From Bacteroidales bacterium (lineage in GTDB: Bacteria; Bacteroidota; Bacteroidia; Bacteroidales; UBA932), in the NCBI GenBank assembly GCA_017450655.1, contig JAFSTD010000005.1, positions 4,862 to 68,861 of the forward strand: a stretch of DNA of 64,000 bases. The letters are read 5' to 3'. A program made the translations under genes and the position numbers. This document shows positions 28,571-36,946 of the stretch, in pieces; the stretch's first letter is position 1; each line of letters starts with the position of its first letter. The notes under the pieces are model-generated. The model worked only from the letters and a program-made list of their open reading frames with translations. It did not search any database and was not told the origin of the DNA.

Positions 28571-29130
28571 ACCGTCATTATCTCCTTCTCCTTCGCAGCC
28601 AGTATTTCGTCAATCTTCTTGGTATAGTTGTCAGTATCTTTCTGAACGAGATTCTCGTCATCTTTCTCCACGTCCTCAGGAAGACCCTCTTTCTGAAGCT
28701 TCTTCAAAGTCTCGATAGCGTCTCTGCGTGCATTTCTGACACTGACTTTTGCAGTCTCGCTTGCTGCCTTGGCTTTTTTAACAAGCTCCTTGCGGCGCTC
28801 CTCAGTCAAAGCAGGAATCTGGATTCTGATCATCTCTCCGTTATTCTGAGGGGTAAAACCCAGATTGGCATCCATAATCGCCTTCTCGATAGGGCCGATC
28901 ATATTCTTCTCCCAAGGCTGGATGAGCATAGTCTTAGCGTCTGGAGTGTTGATACTGGCTACCTGAGGAATCGGAGTGGGATTGCCGTAATAGTTGACCA
29001 TGACGTTGTTGAATACAGCAGGATTCGCCTTTCCGGCACGGTAGGTTTTCAATTCCTCCTCCAGGTGGAAGATTGCGTCTTCCATCTTCTTTTTCCCCGC
29101 AGCAATAACTTCTTGTGCTTTTTCTATCAT
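28567..29130 (-). CDS. frr: Ribosome recycling factor
   Basis: 187 aa with the Frr pattern ([27 protein letters not shown]). Confidence 0.95.
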   Translation of the reverse strand: MIEKAQEVIAAGKKKMEDAIFHLEEELKTYRAGKANPAVFNNVMVNYYGNPTPIPQVASINTPDAKTMLIQPWEKNMIGPIEKAIMDANLGFTPQNNGEMIRIQIPALTEERRKELVKKAKAASETAKVSVRNARRDAIETLKKLQKEGLPEDVEKDDENLVQKDTDNYTKKIDEILAAKEKEIMTV

Positions 29131-29142
29131 ATTGTTAATAAA

Positions 29143-29850
29143 TTAATTACAAACCAATGTTCCCAATGTTTCACCTTGCATAAGGCGGAAGAATGATTCT
29201 GCTTCGTTGATGTTGAAGACAATTATCTTCATGTCGTTGTCTCTGCACATGGTAAACGCGGTGATGTCCATCACCTTCAGGTCATCCGCAATCACCTTGT
29301 CAAACGAGATCACATCATATCTGAAGGCTTTAGGATTCTTCACAGGATCGCTGTCATATACTCCGTCGACTTTTGTCCCTTTGAGAATAGCGTCCGCACC
29401 TATCTCGCAAGCCCTCAGGGCCGCTCCGGAATCTGTCGTGAAGAACGGGTTTCCGGTACCGCCCGCCAGCAACGCAACTCCGCCGCTTTCAAGAAAAGCG
29501 ACTACTTTGTCTCTCATATAGTAGGTTGCGAAAGGCTCCATCGGAGTAGCTGTAAACACCTCTGCTGCAACACCTTCTTTCTTAATAGCAAGTGAAAGGG
29601 CTATGCTGTTTATCACAGTGGCCAGCATACCCATCTGATCTCCTTTGACCCTGTCAAAACCCAGCTGTGTACCTGCCAAACCTCTGAAAATATTTCCGCC
29701 GCCGATAACGACAGCAACTTGTGCACCACCTTTGGCCACTTTTGCAATCTGAGCTGCGAATCCCTGGAGAACCTGCGGATCCAGACCTTTACCGTCCGCT
29801 CCACCGATGGTCTCCCCGCTTAATTTGAGCAATACCCTTTTGAATGCCAT
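29143..29850 (-). CDS. pyrH: UMP kinase
   Basis: KRVLLKLSGE and VVIGGGNIFRG motifs. ATG at 29850; the track's TTG start at 29880 overlaps the promoter box. Confidence 0.93.
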   Translation of the reverse strand: MAFKRVLLKLSGETIGGADGKGLDPQVLQGFAAQIAKVAKGGAQVAVVIGGGNIFRGLAGTQLGFDRVKGDQMGMLATVINSIALSLAIKKEGVAAEVFTATPMEPFATYYMRDKVVAFLESGGVALLAGGTGNPFFTTDSGAALRACEIGADAILKGTKVDGVYDSDPVKNPKAFRYDVISFDKVIADDLKVMDITAFTMCRDNDMKIIVFNINEAESFFRLMQGETLGTLVCN

Positions 29851-29877
29851 AACAGAAAATTCTAATTGTTGATTAAA

Positions 29878-29885
29878 CAAATGTA
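29878..29885 (-). promoter_or_regulatory. -7 promoter box TACATTTG
   Basis: Perfect TAnnTTTG, 27 nt upstream of the pyrH ATG at 29850. Confidence 0.45.
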
Positions 29886-29917
29886 GCCAAATATTATTTT
29901 TTTTACAACTTTCAAAC

Positions 29918-29925
29918 TATCTTTG
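29918..29925 (+). promoter_or_regulatory. -7 promoter box TATCTTTG
   Basis: Perfect TAnnTTTG, 33 nt upstream of ATG 29959. Confidence 0.45.
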
Positions 29926-29958
29926 CATATTATACATTGAAAAATCAACCAAGATATT

Positions 29959-30837
29959 ATGTCAAGCATATTTAAATCTTCTATCGGGAAAAAACTCGTG
30001 ATGTCCATCTCAGGTTTGTTCCTTATTCTGTTCTTAACTCTCCACATGTGCCTCAACCTTGTCTCTGTCTTCAGCGAGGAAGGTTTTGAAAAAGTATGTG
30101 AATTTATGGGCCTCCCTATTATCGGAATCATGGTTCCGGTGCTGGCTGCAGGCTTCGTAATCCATATCATTTTCGCTATCATTCTTACCATCGGTAACTT
30201 GAAGGCGCGTGGAAAAGTCAGATATGAAGTTCCAAACAAAGCCGCTACAGACTCTTTTGCCGCACGCAACATGTTCGTTCTCGGTCTGATGGTCGCTATA
30301 GGACTTGCGCTTCACCTTACCGACTTCTGGGCAAACATGCAGCTTAAAGAATGGATGGGCGCTGAAGCTGACAATCCTAATATGCTTATGGCAAATACCT
30401 TTGGAAATGTCGGAATCACGGTAATGTACCTGTTGTGGTTCTTTGTGATATGGTTCCACCTGACTCACGGTTTCTGGAGCGCATTCCAGACTATCGGATG
30501 GAACAACAACATCTGGTTGAAACGCCTGAAATGGATTACCTGCATTTACGTAACACTGCTTATGCTTGGATTCGCAGTTACAGCTGTGGCAGGTTGCATC
30601 AGGGCTAATTCCAATTCAGTAGGCGCCATTCATCACGAAGAATATACCGGCATCGATCCTTACGGCAACGATGAACCGCCTCAACTGGTAGATGACAATT
30701 TGATGTCAAGCAACCTTGACGAGGTCGCTCAGACTCCGGCTGCAGAGCAGCAAGCCGTTGAAGCTGTTCCGGCAGTGAAACCAGCTGTTCCTCAAACTCA
30801 GTGGTCAGGATCCTGGAGATGCTCGATGCCTAACTAA
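29959..30837 (+). CDS. Succinate dehydrogenase/fumarate reductase dihaem cytochrome b subunit (b558/FrdC family) with a long C-terminal tail; no frdA or frdB adjacent
   Basis: N-terminus SSIGKKLVMSISGLFLILFLTLHMCLNL. Candidate haem-ligand His in TLHM, VIHII, ALHLTDFW and WFHLTHGFWSAFQT. Five TM helices, then about 75 aa of acidic, P/A/Q-rich tail. Confidence 0.8.
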   Translation: MSSIFKSSIGKKLVMSISGLFLILFLTLHMCLNLVSVFSEEGFEKVCEFMGLPIIGIMVPVLAAGFVIHIIFAIILTIGNLKARGKVRYEVPNKAATDSFAARNMFVLGLMVAIGLALHLTDFWANMQLKEWMGAEADNPNMLMANTFGNVGITVMYLLWFFVIWFHLTHGFWSAFQTIGWNNNIWLKRLKWITCIYVTLLMLGFAVTAVAGCIRANSNSVGAIHHEEYTGIDPYGNDEPPQLVDDNLMSSNLDEVAQTPAAEQQAVEAVPAVKPAVPQTQWSGSWRCSMPN

Positions 30838-31349
30838 AGAGGCTGTCTCAATATCTTTTCGTACGCGTTCCTCAGGGCTCCGGTCGTGAGCGTTATTACT
30901 CCGCAGTAAGTATATCCCATCTTCGCTATCAGATGCTGCATAGGGATATTGTCTTTGTGCGTATCTATTCTCATAACCTCAACCCCGTTCTCCAGGCTCA
31001 GCTTTTCTGCATACTCGAAGAACCGTTTGCCCAGTCCTGATTTCAGATAATCATCGTCTACGGCGATACGGTGAATCACGCAATAATCTCTTCCGGAGGT
31101 AAGCCATTCTCCCCCTTCTATTACCGCATACGTAGGCTCGACATCGAGAATAATAACTGCGAAACCGACGATTTTGCCATCTTCTTCTGCGACATAACAG
31201 TTGCCGCCGGCAATATCATTCTCAAAAATAGGTATTGAAGGATATCCGTCTTGCCACTGCGCCACTCCTGCAGAGTGCAATCGGTACTGAGCCTGCTTCA
31301 CAATTCTCATTATGGAAGCAATGTCGTCAAGTGTTGCCTTTCTAATCAT
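30834..31349 (-). CDS. GNAT-family N-acetyltransferase
   Basis: 171 aa with a typical GNAT core (IHRIAVDDDYLKSGLGKRFF). Confidence 0.85.
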   Translation of the reverse strand: MIRKATLDDIASIMRIVKQAQYRLHSAGVAQWQDGYPSIPIFENDIAGGNCYVAEEDGKIVGFAVIILDVEPTYAVIEGGEWLTSGRDYCVIHRIAVDDDYLKSGLGKRFFEYAEKLSLENGVEVMRIDTHKDNIPMQHLIAKMGYTYCGVITLTTGALRNAYEKILRQPL

Positions 31350-32460
31350 CGGTTTTGATATAATCTTCTATAATACTGTCACAAATAAAGAATTTTTCGT
31401 GCGGTATTGCAAATCTTTCTGTTTCAAAATTATAGACAAGATTCAGCTTGTTTTTTTCATCCGTCAGCAGCGAAGCCGGGACCCCTTCGACCGTCCTCAG
31501 TCCGAGCATGATTCTTTCGTTGTATATGTCGGTATCGGAGAGCGTCTCATTCTCTGCTGGGACACCTTGGCAGTAAGCCTCCACTGAGCTCGGATTCCAC
31601 CTGCGGATTCTGTCACCGTCAAAAGAATGGGCGGCGGCGCCAAGGCCCAGATAAGATTCCCGCTGCCAGTAAGAGGAGTTATGCCTTGACTTATAACCCG
31701 GCTTGCAGAATGACGAGATTTCGTATTGAGCGTATCCGGCTTCCGCCAACATCGACTGCAAGAGAGAATACTGACTTGCGCAAACATCATCCGAAGGCTC
31801 TTTATACTTCTCTGACGCTACCATTTCGGCCAGAGTGCTTTCAGAATCGATGCTCATCTGGTAACTTGAGATATGCTCGGGTGACAGATCAATGGCTCTG
31901 GAAAGCGTATTTTTCCACTGCTCTGCCGTAAGACCTGCGAATCCGAATATCAAATCGATGGAAATATTATCGAAACCTTTATCTCTCAAGAATTTATATG
32001 CAGAATAAACTTGTTCAGCATTATGTCTGCGGTTCATCCATTTCAGATGAGCCTCTTCGAAGGACTGAACTCCCATACTGATTCTGTTGACCCCTGCGGC
32101 AAGGAAAGCATCCGTCAGCTGATCCCCGTCAGGGTCTGCGATATCGTCCGGATTGACCTCAACCGTGAATTCTTCAACCTTCGACAAGTCAAAATTCTCT
32201 CTCAGAGAATCCACTATCCTGCTGAAAACGTCAGGGGGAAGAATTGAAGGAGTTCCTCCTCCGAAATAGAGAGTGTCTACGGTCCTGCCCTTCGAAACGA
32301 AAAAATCTCTCATGGACCTCATTTCCCTCTCCAGGGCATCGGCATAAGAGACAAAAGGCGTCTTCTTTCCAGAACAACGCCTTTGTACTATTTCTGAATA
32401 AAACCCGCAATATGTGCAAAAAGAGGCACAAAAGGGGATATGAACGTAAATGCCTGACAA
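31342..32460 (-). CDS. hemW: Radical SAM haem chaperone HemW (HemN-like, oxygen-independent coproporphyrinogen oxidase family)
   Basis: CxxxCxxC radical-SAM motif in IYVHIPFCASFCTYCGFY. The only possible start is TTG 32460, one codon after the upstream gene's stop. Confidence 0.88.
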   Translation of the reverse strand: MSGIYVHIPFCASFCTYCGFYSEIVQRRCSGKKTPFVSYADALEREMRSMRDFFVSKGRTVDTLYFGGGTPSILPPDVFSRIVDSLRENFDLSKVEEFTVEVNPDDIADPDGDQLTDAFLAAGVNRISMGVQSFEEAHLKWMNRRHNAEQVYSAYKFLRDKGFDNISIDLIFGFAGLTAEQWKNTLSRAIDLSPEHISSYQMSIDSESTLAEMVASEKYKEPSDDVCASQYSLLQSMLAEAGYAQYEISSFCKPGYKSRHNSSYWQRESYLGLGAAAHSFDGDRIRRWNPSSVEAYCQGVPAENETLSDTDIYNERIMLGLRTVEGVPASLLTDEKNKLNLVYNFETERFAIPHEKFFICDSIIEDYIKTDD

Positions 32461-32463
32461 CTC

Positions 32464-33342
32464 TTATCTGAGAATAAGGTCGGCACTTCCGAGCAATGCC
32501 TCGTTAGAATATACGTCCACTGTGTAGACTCCTTTGACAAACGGAGTGCCGTTTGAGAAGTAGATGCTCATCTCAACTTCCGCACCCTGATAGTCAACCT
32601 CTCTTGAAGCCGAACTCATCATCTCCTCTCCATTGCAAGAGAAGAGTTTCTGCTCGTCGCTTGTCATAAGAATGCCATCCGGGCCTTTGACTCTGATGTA
32701 AATGGTCTTCCAGCCTGTCTTGGCGATACTGTTTTCAATCAGCGTAAAGTCTGTACGGAGTTTCTCAACACGGCTGCTTCTGTCAGTAATCTTGTTGGAA
32801 GCATTGATAGCGTTAAGGGTTATTGCCCTGGCCTTGATAACGGAACCTTTCTCAACCTGAGCTGCATACGCATCGGTCGTAGAGCGAAGATCCTCGTACT
32901 GTCTTTGGCTTGCGGCAGCCTCCTGGCGAGCCAGTGAAGCCTCCTCCCTGAGAGCGATATTCAAACTGTTGAGTGAATCAATCTGCACAATGTAGTGCTT
33001 CATGATGGAACGCAACGTGCCGAGCTCCTGCTCGTATTGGCGAATCTGAGCGCGGTTGGTCGCTTCTGTCTTCTGGAAGCGCTCTATCAGTTGATCCACT
33101 TTTTCACGTTCGATGGCGAGATTGGCATTCAATGTGTCGTTCGAAGTCTTCAAATCGGCATAATCTTTCTGAAGCTCAATCATCTGCGCCGTAATATCTT
33201 CTTTCTCAATGTTAAGTTCCTTTACGAGATTACTCTTGGTAATCCAGATGTAAGCCAAACCGGCCAGAAGCAAAGCCGCAAGGATGGCCAGCACTATGAC
33301 CACCGACTTTAATGATTTTTCTTGTCTTTGAACTTCTTCCAT
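32464..33342 (-). CDS. Hypothetical membrane-anchored coiled-coil protein
   Basis: One N-terminal TM (VVIVLAILAALLLAGLAYIWI), about 150 aa of heptad-like coiled coil, and a beta-rich C-terminal domain of about 100 aa. No motif I recognise. Confidence 0.7.
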   Translation of the reverse strand: MEEVQRQEKSLKSVVIVLAILAALLLAGLAYIWITKSNLVKELNIEKEDITAQMIELQKDYADLKTSNDTLNANLAIEREKVDQLIERFQKTEATNRAQIRQYEQELGTLRSIMKHYIVQIDSLNSLNIALREEASLARQEAAASQRQYEDLRSTTDAYAAQVEKGSVIKARAITLNAINASNKITDRSSRVEKLRTDFTLIENSIAKTGWKTIYIRVKGPDGILMTSDEQKLFSCNGEEMMSSASREVDYQGAEVEMSIYFSNGTPFVKGVYTVDVYSNEALLGSADLILR

Positions 33343-33374
33343 AGCTATAATAATTAGAATGTTATCGTATAATG

Positions 33375-33382
33375 CAAAAATA
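33375..33382 (-). promoter_or_regulatory. -7 promoter box TATTTTTG
   Basis: Perfect TAnnTTTG, 32 nt upstream of ATG 33342. Confidence 0.4.
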
Positions 33383-33384
33383 AT

Positions 33385-33392
33385 TAAATTTG
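33385..33392 (+). promoter_or_regulatory. -7 promoter box TAAATTTG abutting the start codon
   Basis: Perfect TAnnTTTG, 4 nt upstream of ATG 33397 and 2 nt from the divergent box. Confidence 0.4.
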
Positions 33393-33396
33393 TGAC

Positions 33397-33888
33397 ATGA
33401 AGTACCTTATTCGATCTGCTAAATACTTGCTCTATTTCGTAATTCTGTTTTTCGTGATAGTGCTTGTCATTTCATTTATGAACCATCAGGACATTACTGA
33501 TTTTCAGTCTTTGTTCATTGACGGCGCCCTGGCCAAGATATCCATTATCTTCGTTGTCATCGCCGCAGTCTATCCTCTCTTCGGTTTCAAGAAGAATCGC
33601 CTCAACATTGATGACGACTTCGAGAATTACTACGAGACAATTGTCGAGACCATGGAAAACTATGGCTATGAACTGTCTATCAAAGATGAGACCAAATTGG
33701 TCTTCAGGGCAAGCAAGCCGTCCATCCGTTTTGCGAGAATGTGGGAGGATGCCATCACGTTCTGCATCACCGAAGATCCGAAAGTAATAGACGTGGATGG
33801 TCCTTATAAAGATACGGTGCGCGTGGTTCGCGCCATTTCCTACAATTACAGAATGGAGCATCGTACAGGAGAAGAAGACGGACAATGA
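33397..33888 (+). CDS. Hypothetical two-TM membrane protein
   Basis: Two N-terminal hydrophobic helices, then a soluble domain of about 95 aa. ATGA overlap with the next gene. Confidence 0.65.
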   Translation: MKYLIRSAKYLLYFVILFFVIVLVISFMNHQDITDFQSLFIDGALAKISIIFVVIAAVYPLFGFKKNRLNIDDDFENYYETIVETMENYGYELSIKDETKLVFRASKPSIRFARMWEDAITFCITEDPKVIDVDGPYKDTVRVVRAISYNYRMEHRTGEEDGQ

Positions 33889-34088
33889 AAATCGTAGCCA
33901 GATATACCAACGCTTTTGACGCTCATATCGCTCAAGGTTTGCTGGAGAGCGAAGGGATACTGTCCGAAGTTACAAACGAGAGCAGCATATTCCCGGGATT
34001 CGGCGAAATACGCGGATATGACATCAGGCTCGTTGTCAATGACGAAGACTACGAGGAGGCAAAAAGGATTCTGGACCTCAACCAATAG
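33885..34088 (+). CDS. DUF2007-type (putative signal-transducing) small protein
   Basis: 67 aa. The pattern ...AHIAQGLLESEGI...DEDYEEAKRIL matches the DUF2007 fold family as I recall it. Confidence 0.6.
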   Translation: MKIVARYTNAFDAHIAQGLLESEGILSEVTNESSIFPGFGEIRGYDIRLVVNDEDYEEAKRILDLNQ

Positions 34089-34102
34089 TTCTACTTTTTT
34101 TG

Positions 34103-34110
34103 TATATTTG
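34103..34110 (+). promoter_or_regulatory. -7 promoter box TATATTTG
   Basis: Perfect TAnnTTTG, 64 nt upstream of ATG 34175. Confidence 0.35.
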
Positions 34111-34174
34111 CGATGTGTGGCTTGATTTTCGAATCACACCATTCTGGCTTGAACAATAATAAATATTAATCGAT

Positions 34175-35116
34175 ATGAAGAAATTACTTTTATCCTTTGT
34201 GGTTGCACTTTTCACAGTAGGCGCAATCAATGCTCAAGACTTGGAAACAGTTACTAATCTTTACAATGCAGCTGCCGAAGTTCTCTCTTCAGGTGACGAT
34301 GCGGCCGCTTTGACTCAGTTCGAGGCAGCGCTTAAAGCAGCAACGGCTCTCGGAGACGAAGGCGCAGCAATCGCAAACAATTGCAAAGACGTAATTCCTA
34401 AGCTCCTTGTTTCAATTGGAAAATCTTGCGCAAACAGTGGTAAAATTGATGAAGCGATAGACAATTTCAACAAAGCTATCGACGTTGCAGCCGAGTACGG
34501 TAACGACGCAGTGCTTGCTGAAGCCAGCGCGCTCATTCCTCAGATGCTTATGGCAAATGCAGGACAGTTGCTCAACGATAAGAAATATCTCGAAGCAGCC
34601 GCAGCATACAAAAAAGTTGTCGACCTGGACCCTACCAACGGTACCGCTTGGTTGAGAATGGGTATGGCTTACGCAGCTGAAGGCAACTCAAATCAGCTGG
34701 CTATCGAAGCTTTGAACGCAGCAGCTGAAAACGGCCAGGAAGCAAATGCCAAGAAACAACTTGCCACCGTATACCTGAAGGAAGCCGTTGCTTGCCAGAA
34801 GGCTAAAGATATGGCAGGTATGTTGGAGAATGCACAGTTGTCAGCACAAAACAACGACAGCGCAAACGCTCAAAAACTTATCGGTACAGCAGCTCTGAGT
34901 TTGAAACAGAACAAAGTCGCTGCCGATGCATTTGAGGCTTATCTGGCACTTAATCCAAACGCATCAGACAAAGCTCAAACAATTTACCAGCTTGCTACTG
35001 CCCTTATGGGAGCAGGTGACAATGCAAAGGCTTGCAGTTACTTCAAACAAATTGCCAACGATGAGAAATGGGGTGAGGCTGCAAGATATTATATCACTAC
35101 TTTGAAATGCAACTAA
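34175..35116 (+). CDS. Secreted tetratricopeptide-repeat protein
   Basis: Signal peptide (…VGAINA/QD) and an Ala-rich sequence with TPR-like repeats (AWLRMGMAYAAEGN, AFEAYLALNPN). Confidence 0.75.
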   Translation: MKKLLLSFVVALFTVGAINAQDLETVTNLYNAAAEVLSSGDDAAALTQFEAALKAATALGDEGAAIANNCKDVIPKLLVSIGKSCANSGKIDEAIDNFNKAIDVAAEYGNDAVLAEASALIPQMLMANAGQLLNDKKYLEAAAAYKKVVDLDPTNGTAWLRMGMAYAAEGNSNQLAIEALNAAAENGQEANAKKQLATVYLKEAVACQKAKDMAGMLENAQLSAQNNDSANAQKLIGTAALSLKQNKVAADAFEAYLALNPNASDKAQTIYQLATALMGAGDNAKACSYFKQIANDEKWGEAARYYITTLKCN

Positions 35117-36918
35117 AGCAGTTGGAGCTTCTCGCTCCTGCTAAGGACAAAGAGATCGGCATCGCAGCTATTGACTGTGGTGCCGATGCTGTATATATCG
35201 CCGGGCCTAGATTTGGGGCAAGGGAAGCTGCCGGTAATTCTGTGGAGGATATTGCCGAACTTGCAAGCTACGCCCACAGATTCGGCGCCCGGATATTCAT
35301 TCCAGTCAATACCATTCTCTACGAGGACGAAATTGAAGATGCTCAAAGGTTGATTCACGAGGTATATGAGGCCGGAGCGGATGCTCTCATCGTCCAGGAC
35401 TTGGGAATTCTCCGGATGAAACTTCCTCCTGTCGAGCTCCACGCTTCAACTCAAACCGCCATCAGGAACGCTGAGCAGGCGAAATTACTGGAAGGGCTTG
35501 GCTTCACGAGGTTGGTTCTGGAGAGACAATTGTCTCTCGATGAAATTAAATCCATCCGGCAGGCTGTTTCCTGCGAACTGGAGACATTCATTCACGGAGC
35601 CCTTTGCGTTTGCTACAGCGGCAACTGCTATCTCAGCGAGCGTTTGGCCGGCCGAAGCGCAAACAGAGGAGCCTGCATTCAGGCCTGCCGCTCCGATTAT
35701 GACCTCGTGGATGAGGACGGAAAGGTGCTGGCACACAATAAAAAACTTCTTTCTCTGAAAGACCTGAAATGGGACGACAGAATCGGGGACCTCGCTCAGG
35801 CAGGCATCTGCTCATTCAAGATAGAAGGACGTCTGAAGAATATTTCCTACGTAAAGAACGTCGTGCGTCATTACAGAGAGGCGACAGACCGCTTCATAAC
35901 CGCAAATGAAGGTTACTGCAGATCTTCATTCGGAGAAATCCACGGGGGATTCAAGCCCGATCTGAATGCAACTTTCAACCGAGGCTACACCTCTCTCTTC
36001 ATAGACGGCAGAAAGGGGGAATGGAATTCCGGTGATGCAGCCAAATCTATGGGAGAATACATAGGCAAGGTCACAACCGTCGGCAAAGATTTCATTACGG
36101 TAGATTCTTCCTCCCGCTTTGCAGGAGGTGACGGCCTGGCCTTCGTGGCGAAAAACGGGGATATCATCGGATCGAGAGTGGAGAAGAGCGAAGGGGACAA
36201 GATCTATCTGAAAGACACCTCGGCACTTTTCAAAGGGCAAGCCGTATATCGCAATTTCAACAAGCAGTTTGAAAAAGAGATTAAAGACAATTCGCCTCAG
36301 AGACTCATCCCTGCATCCGTCACTTTTGATTCCCGGAAAGCTGTCGCTACTACCGTAGCCGGAATAACCGCAACCTACAACATCGAACAGGATTTTCCGG
36401 TTGCAGTAAAGAAGGATGTCGCCATCAATTCTATAAAGAACCAGCTGGAAAAGATCGCCGGAGATTTCATTTTCAAGGTAACCGGGATGGACACCGAAGA
36501 CGTACGGTTCTATCCGGCATCCTTTTTAAACGGGGTTCGCAGGTCTCTGGCTGAAGAACTGTCCCGACGGATAGTGGAGAATCATCTGAAAAACCGCCGT
36601 CACAACGAGATTGCCGCCAACCTCATTCCTCTTTGCAAAGGTAACCTGGACTATTCTGCAAACTGCTCCAACAATCTTTCGGCGCAGGTTTATAAAGAAT
36701 TGGGATTCGGGCATGTCGATCCTGCTTACGAACTGTCCCATAAAGGGAATGCCGAGCTGATGAGAACCAGGTACTGCATCAAGTACGAACTGGCTCTCTG
36801 CCCCAAGAATCCACTTTGCAAAAACGGGATGTATAACAAAGAACTGTTCCTGGTGAACGGCGGCAGAAAACTGCGCCTGTTTTTTGACTGCAAGCAATGT
36901 GAAATGGTTATATTTTAG
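35107..36918 (+). CDS. U32-family protein (peptidase U32 / Fe-S RNA or quinone hydroxylase family)
   Basis: N-terminus LELLAPA...AI..GADAVYI and Cys cluster HGALCVCYSGNCYLS...RGACIQACR. 603 aa; overlaps the TPR gene by 10 nt. Confidence 0.85.
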   Translation: MQLKQLELLAPAKDKEIGIAAIDCGADAVYIAGPRFGAREAAGNSVEDIAELASYAHRFGARIFIPVNTILYEDEIEDAQRLIHEVYEAGADALIVQDLGILRMKLPPVELHASTQTAIRNAEQAKLLEGLGFTRLVLERQLSLDEIKSIRQAVSCELETFIHGALCVCYSGNCYLSERLAGRSANRGACIQACRSDYDLVDEDGKVLAHNKKLLSLKDLKWDDRIGDLAQAGICSFKIEGRLKNISYVKNVVRHYREATDRFITANEGYCRSSFGEIHGGFKPDLNATFNRGYTSLFIDGRKGEWNSGDAAKSMGEYIGKVTTVGKDFITVDSSSRFAGGDGLAFVAKNGDIIGSRVEKSEGDKIYLKDTSALFKGQAVYRNFNKQFEKEIKDNSPQRLIPASVTFDSRKAVATTVAGITATYNIEQDFPVAVKKDVAINSIKNQLEKIAGDFIFKVTGMDTEDVRFYPASFLNGVRRSLAEELSRRIVENHLKNRRHNEIAANLIPLCKGNLDYSANCSNNLSAQVYKELGFGHVDPAYELSHKGNAELMRTRYCIKYELALCPKNPLCKNGMYNKELFLVNGGRKLRLFFDCKQCEMVIF

Positions 36919-36926
36919 TATTTTTG
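36919..36926 (+). promoter_or_regulatory. -7 promoter box TATTTTTG
   Basis: Perfect TAnnTTTG immediately after the U32 stop and 20 nt upstream of ATG 36947. Confidence 0.4.
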
Positions 36927-36946
36927 CGGCGCAATACTAAGTAACT

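Noticed and set aside
30610-30837. Idea that the cytochrome b tail is a frameshifted remnant of frdA.
   Set aside because: No other plus-strand ORF is listed in the track for this stretch, and I see no FAD-binding GxGxxG-type motif in the tail. The region reads as low-complexity sequence only. The orphan status is still reported as a finding.
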